In this document: one piece after another, positions 48,801-57,262 of the stretch
How the letters are laid out: each line of letters begins with the position of its first letter
Numbering within the stretch: the stretch's first letter is position 1
NCBI GenBank assembly: GCA_035439185.1
Contig: DAORJS010000001.1
Span: 1 to 58,005, forward strand
DNA: 58,005 bases
Origin: Chitinophagaceae bacterium
Lineage (GTDB): Bacteria; Bacteroidota; Bacteroidia; Chitinophagales; Chitinophagaceae
Reading direction: 5' to 3'
Program-made: the position numbers and the translations under genes
Notes under the pieces: model-generated
The model's input: only the letters and a program-made list of their open reading frames with translations
The model's database searches: none
Told to the model about the DNA's origin: nothing

Positions 48801-49267
48801 GCACCACGCTGAAAGATATCAGACCCGGATTCCTTTATATACTAAGGGAGGCCGACAATATGCAACCCGCCTATGACCTCAAGCCGGTAACCCAGTACCG
48901 GGCTGCTGCTGTGCCACTCAATGAAACCATTCTAAAAGATTCAGTGAATGGCCGGTATTGTGTCATAATTAAGAACGGTCAGGCAGCTGCAGGTTTTCAG
49001 GTACAGACAGGTGTAGGGGATCATTATTCCTTCACCGTAAAATATTACTGGAATAAAGAAACATCCATCAGTGGCCGCTTGCAATTGCTGGATGCAGGGG
49101 GGCACATGATGATGGATGTGCCTGTAAATTTTACATTTACACGTGCCGGGAAATGGAATCAGTTTACCCTGAATACAAACACCATGATCAATGCAGGAAA
49201 TTATACGGTCAGGATTGTAGTCAATGAAGGACAGGGACTGGCCATCAGCAGCGTTGACATTCAATAA
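45809..49267 (+). CDS. GH2 plus DUF4982 plus malectin-like (CBM57) protein, probable RG-II beta-D-glucuronidase
   Basis: FEGVGS, LPWVCGGCSEERGFSEGSQPFGIFRPV, WGLQNE, GEYGGW; malectin YRVNCGG...YRVELYFIEP...RLFDVAIN. Confidence 0.8.
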   Translation: MRLCSNYKKIFLLLLLFQGLHSFAQRRDILLTDGWYCTASLDDKPLPRNKLPTKVVSGYWQSVQIPHNLDSYHGYRRLLHGNRHGDAWYRRTLYLNESRKGKRYFLYFEGVGSHAQVFVNDRLVATHAGGRTGFTVDISDYIESTEAYNEILVNTSHLSGIRDLPWVCGGCSEERGFSEGSQPFGIFRPVHLIVTNDIRTEPFGVHAWAAINKNNARLHSNSTIKNYSAQPRKIQLEQQLLNKSGVVVNRQSVNKTLQPSDSLNIPISNIPISNIQLWSKENPYLYKIVTLIKENGKILDRLETDFGFRTISWNGPSKQFILNGQPVFLNGIAEYEHLLGQSHAFSDEQIKSRLKWIQSAGFNAFRDGHQPHHLLYGKLFNQKGILWWTQLSAHVWYDTKAFRDNFKQLLKEWVIERRNDPAVILWGLQNESKLPKDFAEECTALIRSLDPTASSQRLVTTCNGGEGTDWDVPQNWTGTYGGNPDEYAKDLKKQVLVGEYGGWRSIDWHSESGFDPNGPATEDRFTALMEKKIRLAESVRDSVAGHFMWLLTSHDNPGRVQGGEGLRDIDRIGPVNYKGLLTPWEEPTDAFYMYRSNYANKLKEPMVYIVSHTWSNRWVEPGIKNGLIVYSNCDEVELFNDMDAASLGKKRRNGIGTHFQWDSVHIRYNILYAVGYVNGKVVARDTITLMHLPAAPGYSKLSAKAKIVYTPEAGYEYLYRVNCGGPDYTDGFGRIWQSDRAFAKSWGNDFEYANPQLASQRRTFTPLRNTTDQPLFQTFRFGKDRLRFHFPVSPGEYRVELYFIEPWLGLGGGMNATGMRLFDVAINHKTVINDLDIWKEAGTHSLLKKVVTVSAGADGLLISFPESKAGQAVISAITIAKKETEKEEFLTQEGEKAPIYRLASWLDIGDKIYFEGEGVFHQLPPVLYGSDWIRFIRNDSTEKDTYTVTRETDLYIGVRDLMSLPAEWKDFETLNSWIETAEGSLVRYRLYKKRIKAGTTLKDIRPGFLYILREADNMQPAYDLKPVTQYRAAAVPLNETILKDSVNGRYCVIIKNGQAAAGFQVQTGVGDHYSFTVKYYWNKETSISGRLQLLDAGGHMMMDVPVNFTFTRAGKWNQFTLNTNTMINAGNYTVRIVVNEGQGLAISSVDIQ
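46598..46634 (+). repeat. Intragenic tandem repeat of AATATC-based 7/8-mers x5 encoding NIPISNIPISNI
   Basis: AATATCCC-AATATCT-AATATCCC-AATATCC-AATATCC. Confidence 0.75.
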
Positions 49268-49279
49268 GACCTATCCGGA

Positions 49280-51955
49280 ATGAAACGATTGATACCTATA
49301 CCTTTTTTATTGTTCCTTCCGCTGTTTTTGCCGGCGCAACTAAGCGTGGGCCGTTTGCGTTGCCAGCAACTGTCAGATCCGGTTGGGATGGATCAGTCAC
49401 ATCCGAAATTGAGCTGGGAATTAAAAAGCAACGACAAGAATATTCTTCAAACCGCATACCGGATACTGGTATCCAAAAACCCGGAAACCCTTCACCAGCA
49501 AAAAGGAGAAATCTGGGACAGTCATAAAATATTCTCCGGTCAATCCATACAGGTAACTTATAAAGGCCCGCCCCTGCATTCAGCTGTAAAATATTATTGG
49601 AAGATTCAGGTTTGGGATAATAAAGGCCGGATGGCAGAAAGTGAAATCGCTTCCTGGCAAATGGGATTGTTAGCGGCCGCCGATTGGTACCCCGCTAAAT
49701 GGATAGCCATGCAGGATTTTCCGGATTCTGCAAGAATTGTACCTGCCGAACATGGGAACGGAAAAAAAGAATGGGGAAAGCGGCCGGATATTCTTCCATT
49801 ATTCAGAAAGGAATTTCCGGTCAGAAAAAAAATAAAACAGGGACTGATCTTTATTTCTGGTCTTGGGCAATTCGAAGTATACATCAACGGACAAAAAACC
49901 GGAGATCATTTCATGGATCCGGGCTGGACGCAATATGAAAAGCAGGCACAGTATGTAACTTTTGATATTACTACACAGTTACAGGAAGGAAATAATGCAG
50001 CTGCCGTAATGCTGGGAAATGGTTTCTATTATATTTCCGGAGAACGTTATAGAAAAATGACCGGTGCTTTCGGCTTTCCCAAAATGATTGCCAGAATCCT
50101 GATCCGCTATGAAGATGGCAGCCATGAAGTTGTTGTCAGTAATGAAAGCTGGAAGACCACTGCTTCTCCGGTCACTTATTCAGGAATATACGGAGGTGAA
50201 AATTATGATGCAAGGCTGGAACAGAAAGGTTGGAATCTGCCTGGGTTTAATGATAACGAATGGCAAAATGCATTTCCGGCTGCCTCTCATCCACTGGTCG
50301 CACAATCAGCAGCACCTGTTAAACTGGTACAGCAAATATTGCCGGTCAGGGAAAATAAGATTGGAAAATTCTTGAAAGTATATGATCTGGGTCAGAATAT
50401 GTCAGGTATCCCCGAGATCAGAATTAGTGGTCATTGGGGTGACAGTATCCGGATTACCCCTGCAGAATTAGTGAAAGAAGATGGTACGGTTAATCAACGG
50501 GCTACAGGAAGCCCACATTATTTTCTTTATGTTTCAAGAGAAGGGGAGGCTTCCTGGAAACCCCGCTTCACTTATTCTGGTTTTCGTTACCTGCAGGTAG
50601 AGATCATTCCGGTTGATACGTCAAAGCCCACGGAGGTACTGTCGGTTAAAGCCTGGCATAACAGAAATAGTGCCGCTGTAACCGGCTCCTTTCGATGTGA
50701 CAATGAGTTATTCAACCAGACTTTTTCCCTGATCAAATGGGCGATCAACAGTAATATGCAAAGCATCTTTACGGATTGCCCGCACCGGGAAAGACTGGGC
50801 TGGCAGGAACAGTTGCATTTAATGGGTAATGCCCTGCAGCATAATTATGATATCCATTCCCTGTATAAAAAAATTGCAGCAGATATCCGCGCAGAGCAGA
50901 ATAGTAACGGACTGATCCCTTCTACAGTACCAGAGTACACACAAATGCATTTTGCAGATGGATATTTCAGGGATTCACCGGAATGGGGAATGAGTGTTAT
51001 CCTGCTTCCCTGGAATCTCTACAAATGGTATGGTGATAAAGAAGAACTGGAAAGGACCTATCCGCATATGCAGCGTTATCTGGCTTATCTTGACAGCAAG
51101 GATAGCAGCGGATTACTGATGTATGGTTTGAGCGACTGGTATGATCTGGGTCCGCAACGACCGGGATTTTGTCAGCTAACACCGATGGGTCTCACCGCAA
51201 CGGCCTATTATTACCATGGACTGGTTACGATGCAACAGATCGCAGCCTTGCTGGGGAAAAAGCAGGACATTCAATTTTATTCGAAACAGGCGGCGTTTGT
51301 AAAAGCGTCATTCCTCAGAAAATATTACCAGACTGCCACCGGGCAGTATGGCAGTGGCAGCCAGACTTCCAACGCGGTGGCACTGAGTCTTGGCCTGGTG
51401 GATGCATCAAACCGTAAAAAAGTGCTGGCTAACCTGATCAGGGATATTGAAGGCAGAAACCATGCTTTGACCAGCGGGGATATCGGTTTTCATCATTTGT
51501 TGAGTGTGTTGAGTGCCGCAGGCAGGGATGATATCATTTATAAAATGAATAACCGTACCGATGTCCCTGGTTACGGTTATCAGATCAGGAACGGAGCAAC
51601 CGCATTAACTGAATCCTGGCAGGGACTTCCGATTGTGAGCAATAATCATTTTATGCTGGGCCACCTGATGGATTGGTTCTATACCGGATTGGCAGGGATT
51701 CAACAAACCGAAAATTCGGTAGGGTTTAAAGAATTCCTGATCCGCCCCCGGCCAGTTGGGGATATTCAATCTGCCAATGCCCATTATCACTCTGTTTACG
51801 GTGAATTAATCAGCAGCTGGAAAATTGAAAAGGAAATTTTTTTACTCGATATTCAGGTACCGGCCAATACCCGTGCTACCTTGTACCTCCCTGGTCAAAC
51901 CAAACCGGTGAAGCTGGGCTCGGGACAATATCATTACCAGATTAAATTGAAATAA
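49280..51955 (+). CDS. GH78 alpha-L-rhamnosidase
   Basis: PKLSW, PLFRKEF, SGLGQFE, GGENYDAR, YDLGQN, FTYSGFRY, TDCPHRERLGW, LSDW, GATALTESW, SNNHFMLG. Confidence 0.93.
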   Translation: MKRLIPIPFLLFLPLFLPAQLSVGRLRCQQLSDPVGMDQSHPKLSWELKSNDKNILQTAYRILVSKNPETLHQQKGEIWDSHKIFSGQSIQVTYKGPPLHSAVKYYWKIQVWDNKGRMAESEIASWQMGLLAAADWYPAKWIAMQDFPDSARIVPAEHGNGKKEWGKRPDILPLFRKEFPVRKKIKQGLIFISGLGQFEVYINGQKTGDHFMDPGWTQYEKQAQYVTFDITTQLQEGNNAAAVMLGNGFYYISGERYRKMTGAFGFPKMIARILIRYEDGSHEVVVSNESWKTTASPVTYSGIYGGENYDARLEQKGWNLPGFNDNEWQNAFPAASHPLVAQSAAPVKLVQQILPVRENKIGKFLKVYDLGQNMSGIPEIRISGHWGDSIRITPAELVKEDGTVNQRATGSPHYFLYVSREGEASWKPRFTYSGFRYLQVEIIPVDTSKPTEVLSVKAWHNRNSAAVTGSFRCDNELFNQTFSLIKWAINSNMQSIFTDCPHRERLGWQEQLHLMGNALQHNYDIHSLYKKIAADIRAEQNSNGLIPSTVPEYTQMHFADGYFRDSPEWGMSVILLPWNLYKWYGDKEELERTYPHMQRYLAYLDSKDSSGLLMYGLSDWYDLGPQRPGFCQLTPMGLTATAYYYHGLVTMQQIAALLGKKQDIQFYSKQAAFVKASFLRKYYQTATGQYGSGSQTSNAVALSLGLVDASNRKKVLANLIRDIEGRNHALTSGDIGFHHLLSVLSAAGRDDIIYKMNNRTDVPGYGYQIRNGATALTESWQGLPIVSNNHFMLGHLMDWFYTGLAGIQQTENSVGFKEFLIRPRPVGDIQSANAHYHSVYGELISSWKIEKEIFLLDIQVPANTRATLYLPGQTKPVKLGSGQYHYQIKLK

Positions 51956-52969
51956 ATGCATGTATTGATTTGTGAGAAACCGGGACAACTGGTTTACAGC
52001 CAAAAAGAAAAACCGGTTCCTGAAAAAGGAAAGGCGGTATTAAAAATAAAGCGGATCGGAATCTGTGGCACTGACCTCCATGCATTTGAGGGCACACAAC
52101 CTTTTTTTAATTATCCCAGAATATTAGGACATGAACTGGGAGCAGTGATTGAAGCAGTTGAGCCAGGCCATGGTTTTGCGGCCGGCGATCAGGTCTCAAT
52201 CATACCTTATTTCAATTGCGGAACCTGTATTGCCTGCCGGAACGGATTGCCCAATTGCTGTGCGGCCATCTCAGTATTCGGGGTACATGCAGACGGTGGA
52301 ATGTGTGAGTATATTTCAGTACCTGTTCAATACCTGTTGAAGGGAAATGATATGAGTCTGGATGAACTGGCCCTTATTGAACCATTAGCCATCGGGGCAC
52401 ATGGGGTAAGAAGGGCGGGGGTGAAACCCGGTGAATTTGTTTTAGTGATTGGTGCCGGACCCATTGGATTAGGAGTAATGGAAATGGCAAGAATTGAAGG
52501 AGCGAATGTGATTGCGATGGATATCAATGAATCGAGATTAAACTTCTGCCGGGAAAAGTTGCAGGTACCTTTTACCATTAATGCGGCTGCACCGGATTCG
52601 CTGCAACAATTACAGGAGATTACCGGAAAAGATATGCCCACCGTGGTCATTGATGCTACCGGCAATTTAAAAGCCATCAATAATGCTTTACAGTACCTTG
52701 CACATGGTGGAAGATATGTGCTGGTGGGATTACAGAAAGAAGCGTTTAGTTTCAGTCACCCTGAATTTCACAAACGCGAAACCACGCTGATGAGCAGCCG
52801 CAATGCAACAAGAGAAGATTTTGAAAAAGTAATGAAAGCCATGCGGGAGAAAAAAGTGAATCCCGCTACCTATATCACGCACCGGGTATTATTCGGAGAA
52901 GTAAAAAATCATTTCGAAAGCTGGCTGAATCCGGCGAATGGAGTGATCAAGGCCATGGTGGAATGTTGA
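51956..52969 (+). CDS. lgoD: Zn-dependent L-galactonate 5-dehydrogenase (E. coli YjjN/LgoD-like)
   Basis: GICGTDLHAFEGTQPFFNYPRILGHE, IPY..CGTC.AC..G..NCC, GAGPIGLG, FSHPEFHKRETTLMSSRNAT closely match the recalled YjjN/LgoD sequence. Confidence 0.75.
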   Translation: MHVLICEKPGQLVYSQKEKPVPEKGKAVLKIKRIGICGTDLHAFEGTQPFFNYPRILGHELGAVIEAVEPGHGFAAGDQVSIIPYFNCGTCIACRNGLPNCCAAISVFGVHADGGMCEYISVPVQYLLKGNDMSLDELALIEPLAIGAHGVRRAGVKPGEFVLVIGAGPIGLGVMEMARIEGANVIAMDINESRLNFCREKLQVPFTINAAAPDSLQQLQEITGKDMPTVVIDATGNLKAINNALQYLAHGGRYVLVGLQKEAFSFSHPEFHKRETTLMSSRNATREDFEKVMKAMREKKVNPATYITHRVLFGEVKNHFESWLNPANGVIKAMVEC

Positions 52970-52992
52970 ACATAAAAATTATTAAATCGGAT

Positions 52993-53970
52993 ATGAAAAG
53001 AATTTTGGGAAAGACAGGTTTTGAAATCAATCCCCTCGGACTGGGTACCTGGCAGGTTGGCGGCAAATGGGGTTCAGCTTTTGATGAGAAGAATGCTTCA
53101 GCCATCCTGCACGAAGCTGCAGACAGGGGGGTGAATTTTATTGATACGGCCGATGTGTACAGTGACGGAGAAAGTGAAAAAGCAGTGGGTCGATTTCTGA
53201 AGGAAAGAAAAGAAAGAATCTATGTAGCAACCAAATGCGGCCGCCAGATTCAACCACATATCAATGAGGGCTACACGGTTCCTGTTTTGAGAAAATATGT
53301 GGATGATAGTCTGCGTCGTTTGCAAATTGATTGCATTGATCTGATCCAGTTGCATTGTCCGCCCACAGCTGTGTATTATCGTCCTGAAATATTCGGTTTA
53401 TTTGATGACCTGAAAAAAGAAGGCAAGATCCTTCACCTCGGTGTAAGTGTGGAGAAAGTGGAGGAAGCATTAAAAGCGATTGAATTTGAGAATGTAACTA
53501 CCGTACAAATCATTTTCAATATGTTCCGTCAGCGCCCGGCTGAATTATTCTTCCGCGAAGCAAAGCAAAAAAATATCGGCATCATTGTACGGGTGCCGTT
53601 GGCCAGTGGATTGCTGACCGGAAATTATTCTGCTTCCACCAGTTTTGAAAAAGGCGATCATCGTTTTTTCAATCGCGATGGAGCAGCTTTTGATAAGGGA
53701 GAAACTTTTTCCGGTGTGGATTATGCTACTGGTTTAAAAGCCGTTGAAGCATTGAAAGAAATTTTTCCGGCTGATCTTGTCGCAGCTGCCCTGCAATGGG
53801 TCCTGCATTTTGATGCAGTAAGTACGGTAATTCCGGGTGCCTCTAAACCTGAGCAATTGGTTCGTAATCTGGCTGCCATGAACCGGGCAGCATTAACAGA
53901 AGAGGAAATGGACAAAGTAAAAGCGGTCTACGAAAAATATATAAAGCCTTCAGTTCATCATTTATGGTAA
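52993..53970 (+). CDS. Aldo/keto reductase
   Basis: LGLGTWQ.GG, FIDTADVY, VATKCG, SLRRLQIDCIDLIQLHCP, GKI..LGVS, PLASGLLTG, VIPGA. ATG at 52993. Confidence 0.9.
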   Translation: MKRILGKTGFEINPLGLGTWQVGGKWGSAFDEKNASAILHEAADRGVNFIDTADVYSDGESEKAVGRFLKERKERIYVATKCGRQIQPHINEGYTVPVLRKYVDDSLRRLQIDCIDLIQLHCPPTAVYYRPEIFGLFDDLKKEGKILHLGVSVEKVEEALKAIEFENVTTVQIIFNMFRQRPAELFFREAKQKNIGIIVRVPLASGLLTGNYSASTSFEKGDHRFFNRDGAAFDKGETFSGVDYATGLKAVEALKEIFPADLVAAALQWVLHFDAVSTVIPGASKPEQLVRNLAAMNRAALTEEEMDKVKAVYEKYIKPSVHHLW

Positions 53971-56387
53971 GAAGTATTTTTTGTTGGGTACTGTTATTTT
54001 CTGTTTTATCTGTGCATGCACAGGTCAGGCAGGCGATTGATTTTAACCGCGACTGGCGGTTTCATTTGGGTGATGACAGTCTGGCGCGGGAGAAAAATTA
54101 TGAGGACATCAACTGGAGAATGCTCCATCTTCCTCACGACTGGAGTATTGAATCCGATTTTATAAAGGATGCTCCTGCCACCAATCAGGGTGGATCATTA
54201 CCCGGTGGGATTGGCTGGTACCGGAAAACTTTTGTATTACCGGCTGCTGCCCATCAAAAACAGGTGAGCATTTCTTTCGATGGGGTGTATCAGCAAAGCG
54301 AGATATGGATCAACGGACATTATATGGGCAAAAGACCCAATGGATATATGCCTTTCAGTTATCTTTTAAGTCCTCACCTGCTTCCCTATCCTCAAAAAAA
54401 TATAATCGCTGTAAAAGTGGATAACAGCAAACAACCCAATAGCCGCTGGTATACCGGATCAGGAATTTACCGGGATGTAAAACTGTTGATAAGAAATCAG
54501 ACTGCTTTTGATACCTCGCAGTTTTTTATACAAACCAGGGAAGGTGGTTCAGGTGCTGCCTTACTGGATATCAGCGGTGATATTGATTTTAAACAAATGG
54601 ATCAGACAGACAAGGTGGATTATCAGGCAGAGATCTATGATCCTTCCAATCGGCTTGTATCGGTCAGCAAAGATTTTTTTCAGGCAAATTTTCCTGTCAG
54701 GCTGAGGTTTAAACTGAATCAGATCCTGCAGCGACCTTTATTATGGAGTCCGCAACGTCCTTCACTCTATACAGTCAAGCTGAAACTATTCCTGAATGGG
54801 TATTTGCAGGATGAATGGTCAAGCCGTTTTGGTATCCGGTATTTTTCTTTTGATCAGCAAAAGGGGTTTGTCCTTAATGGACAGAAGCTGATGCTGAAAG
54901 GGGTCTGTATGCACCATGATCTGGGGGCATTGGGGGCAGCTTTTAATAAAGTAGCAGCGAAAAGGCATTTGTTAATATTAAAGGAGATGGGTTGTAATGC
55001 CATCCGCTTTTCACATAACCCACCTGCCGCAGCCATGCTGGATCTCTGTGATGAAATGGGATTCCTTGCGATTGATGAGGCATTTGATAACTGGACGAAG
55101 AAAAAAAATAAATACGATTACCATCTTGACTTTATGGAATGGCATGAGCGGGATTTATTAGCCATGGTAAAACGGGATCGCAATCATCCCTCCGTGATTG
55201 CCTGGAGTGTGGGCAATGAGAACCGGGAGCAGTTTGACAGCAGCGGTATTTATTGGGGGAAGAAATTAGTGGAGATCGTAAAATCGGTGGACAATACGCG
55301 TCCGGTCATTGCAGCACTGACTGAAACATTGCCTGAAAAAAATTTTATTGCCAAATCCGGAGCCATGGAAGTTCTGGGTTTCAATTATAAACTATTCGAC
55401 TACCCTCACTTGCCGCAGCGATTCCCGGGCAAGGTTTTTATTGCGACAGAAACCGCATCAGCGCTTTCGACCAGAGGTGTATATCAGTTCCCGGCAGACA
55501 GTATCCGGATCTGGCCACCGGATTTTAAAGCACAGGATACATTTAATATGGGTAATAAAGATTATACGGCTGCTGCCTATGACAATACCCATGCTTACTG
55601 GGGTGGAACCCATGAAAAGACCTGGCTGGCGGTGAAAAAACATTCGCATATGGCTGGCATATTTGTGTGGAGTGGTTTTGATTTTTTAGGTGAGCCCTTG
55701 CCCTATCCTGCCTTTCCTTCCCGCAGCAGTTATTATGGGATCATTGATCTGGCCGGTTTTCCCAAGGATGTGTATTATATGTACCAGTCTGAGTGGACAG
55801 ATAAAAAAGTATTGCATGTTTTCCCGCATTGGAACTGGAAAAAAGGCGACACGGTGGATGTCTGGGCTTATTATAATCAGGCAGATGAGGTTGAACTTTT
55901 TGTAAATGGCAAATCCGCAGGGAAAAGATCTAAAACCGATTCTTCATTGCATGTGAGCTGGCGGGTTCCCTTTGTACCTGGACAAATAAAAATCAGGAGC
56001 AGTAAAAAAGGTCAAACAGTCATGGAAAAATCAATCCGGACAGCAGGACCTGCCTACCGGATTGAATTGCTGGCGGATAAAAAAGGAATAAAAGCCGATG
56101 GAAAAGATCTTTCTTTTATTACCGCCCGCATATTGGACCGGGATGGGAACCTGGTTCCGGATGCCGGCAATCGGATACAGTTTACTGTTTCGGGCAACGG
56201 ACTGATCGCCGGAACCGATAATGGTTATCAGGCCGATATCCGATCTCTGAAAAGTCCGGAAAGACATGCCTGGAAGGGGCTTGCATTGCTTATGCTGCAA
56301 TCGAACGGAAAAAAGGGAAATATTACATTAAGGGCGACGGCTCCGGGCTTGAAACCGGCTACCATTATCCTCTCTGCTACAGACTAA
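53964..56387 (+). CDS. GH2 beta-galactosidase-type enzyme with DUF4982 domain
   Basis: LPHDWSIE, GIGWYRKTF, SRWYTGSGIYRDV, KGVCMHHDLGALG, NAIRFSHNPP, RDRNHPSVIAWSVGNE, WSGFDFLGEP, RSSYYGIIDLAGFPKD, PHWNW. Confidence 0.9.
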   Translation: MVRSIFCWVLLFSVLSVHAQVRQAIDFNRDWRFHLGDDSLAREKNYEDINWRMLHLPHDWSIESDFIKDAPATNQGGSLPGGIGWYRKTFVLPAAAHQKQVSISFDGVYQQSEIWINGHYMGKRPNGYMPFSYLLSPHLLPYPQKNIIAVKVDNSKQPNSRWYTGSGIYRDVKLLIRNQTAFDTSQFFIQTREGGSGAALLDISGDIDFKQMDQTDKVDYQAEIYDPSNRLVSVSKDFFQANFPVRLRFKLNQILQRPLLWSPQRPSLYTVKLKLFLNGYLQDEWSSRFGIRYFSFDQQKGFVLNGQKLMLKGVCMHHDLGALGAAFNKVAAKRHLLILKEMGCNAIRFSHNPPAAAMLDLCDEMGFLAIDEAFDNWTKKKNKYDYHLDFMEWHERDLLAMVKRDRNHPSVIAWSVGNENREQFDSSGIYWGKKLVEIVKSVDNTRPVIAALTETLPEKNFIAKSGAMEVLGFNYKLFDYPHLPQRFPGKVFIATETASALSTRGVYQFPADSIRIWPPDFKAQDTFNMGNKDYTAAAYDNTHAYWGGTHEKTWLAVKKHSHMAGIFVWSGFDFLGEPLPYPAFPSRSSYYGIIDLAGFPKDVYYMYQSEWTDKKVLHVFPHWNWKKGDTVDVWAYYNQADEVELFVNGKSAGKRSKTDSSLHVSWRVPFVPGQIKIRSSKKGQTVMEKSIRTAGPAYRIELLADKKGIKADGKDLSFITARILDRDGNLVPDAGNRIQFTVSGNGLIAGTDNGYQADIRSLKSPERHAWKGLALLMLQSNGKKGNITLRATAPGLKPATIILSATD

Positions 56388-56404
56388 GTAATGTGTTTTC
56401 TCAA

Positions 56405-56422
56405 CGCAATCGTTCCCGGAAC
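56405..56422. promoter_or_regulatory. Possible LacI-type operator upstream of DUF3826/susC
   Basis: CGCAATCGTTCCCGGAAC contains a LacI-like GCAATCG half-site and a GTTCC-C-GGAAC inverted repeat. No cognate regulator is visible in the window. Confidence 0.3.
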
Positions 56423-56549
56423 AGGGGCCTTGTTTTTTAGTAAAATAATACATCTTTATAGCAAAACCTTACATTTTCAGGCGGGAAGGGTACCTGTACC
56501 TTTAAATCACGGTTATCATTCGACAAAAATTTAACGGTTAAGCTGCGGT

Positions 56550-57221
56550 ATGAAAAAACATCTCCTCTTAAAGGGTGACAATAATGGACTGTTCCTTCAA
56601 CACGCATTACTGTTTTTCATGATTACCGCAGTACTCTTTCTCACCACCGGTTTACAGGCTCAGACAACAGAAGATAAAGAAGCCGCATTCAAAAAAACAT
56701 TATGGGACCGGTCGGCAAAAATAGTTACCGGATTAAATATTGCTAAAGCGAACAAGAAGGAAAAAATCACTCAACTGATTGCCGGGCAGTATTATGAGCT
56801 TAATAAAGTACATGATCTTACCATCAGTACCGAAGAAAAAGCAAGCCGATTGGAGGCACTTCACCGGAAGTTCACCAAAAAGCTGGATCAAAAACTTTCT
56901 GATAATCAGGTGGAGCAGGTGAAAAATGGTATGACCTACAATGTGCTCAATGTTACGTATACGGCCTATCAGGATATGATTCTCACTTTAACGGCTGCAC
57001 AAAAGGAAAAAATTTACAACTGGTTACTGGAAGCCCGTGAGAAAGCCATGATGGAGGGATCATCAGATGCTAAACACAAAATGTTCGGTAAGTACAAGGG
57101 GAAAATTAATAATTACTTATCAGAACAAGGGTACAATATGAAGGCGGAAGAAAAAGCCTGGCAGCAAAGATTGAGAGAGAAAAGAGAGAAAGATGCTGCC
57201 GGTAAACAAAATGCCGCGTGA
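56550..57221 (+). CDS. DUF3826 domain protein (associated with RG-II loci)
   Basis: QVEQVKNGMTY, TYTAYQDMI..LT..QK, L.EARE.AM..GSS..KH..FGKYKGKINNYLS..GY; signal-like N-terminus. Confidence 0.8.
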   Translation: MKKHLLLKGDNNGLFLQHALLFFMITAVLFLTTGLQAQTTEDKEAAFKKTLWDRSAKIVTGLNIAKANKKEKITQLIAGQYYELNKVHDLTISTEEKASRLEALHRKFTKKLDQKLSDNQVEQVKNGMTYNVLNVTYTAYQDMILTLTAAQKEKIYNWLLEAREKAMMEGSSDAKHKMFGKYKGKINNYLSEQGYNMKAEEKAWQQRLREKREKDAAGKQNAA

Positions 57222-57262
57222 TCAATAATGTATTACTGATTTTTTTATATAAACAAAGCCAT

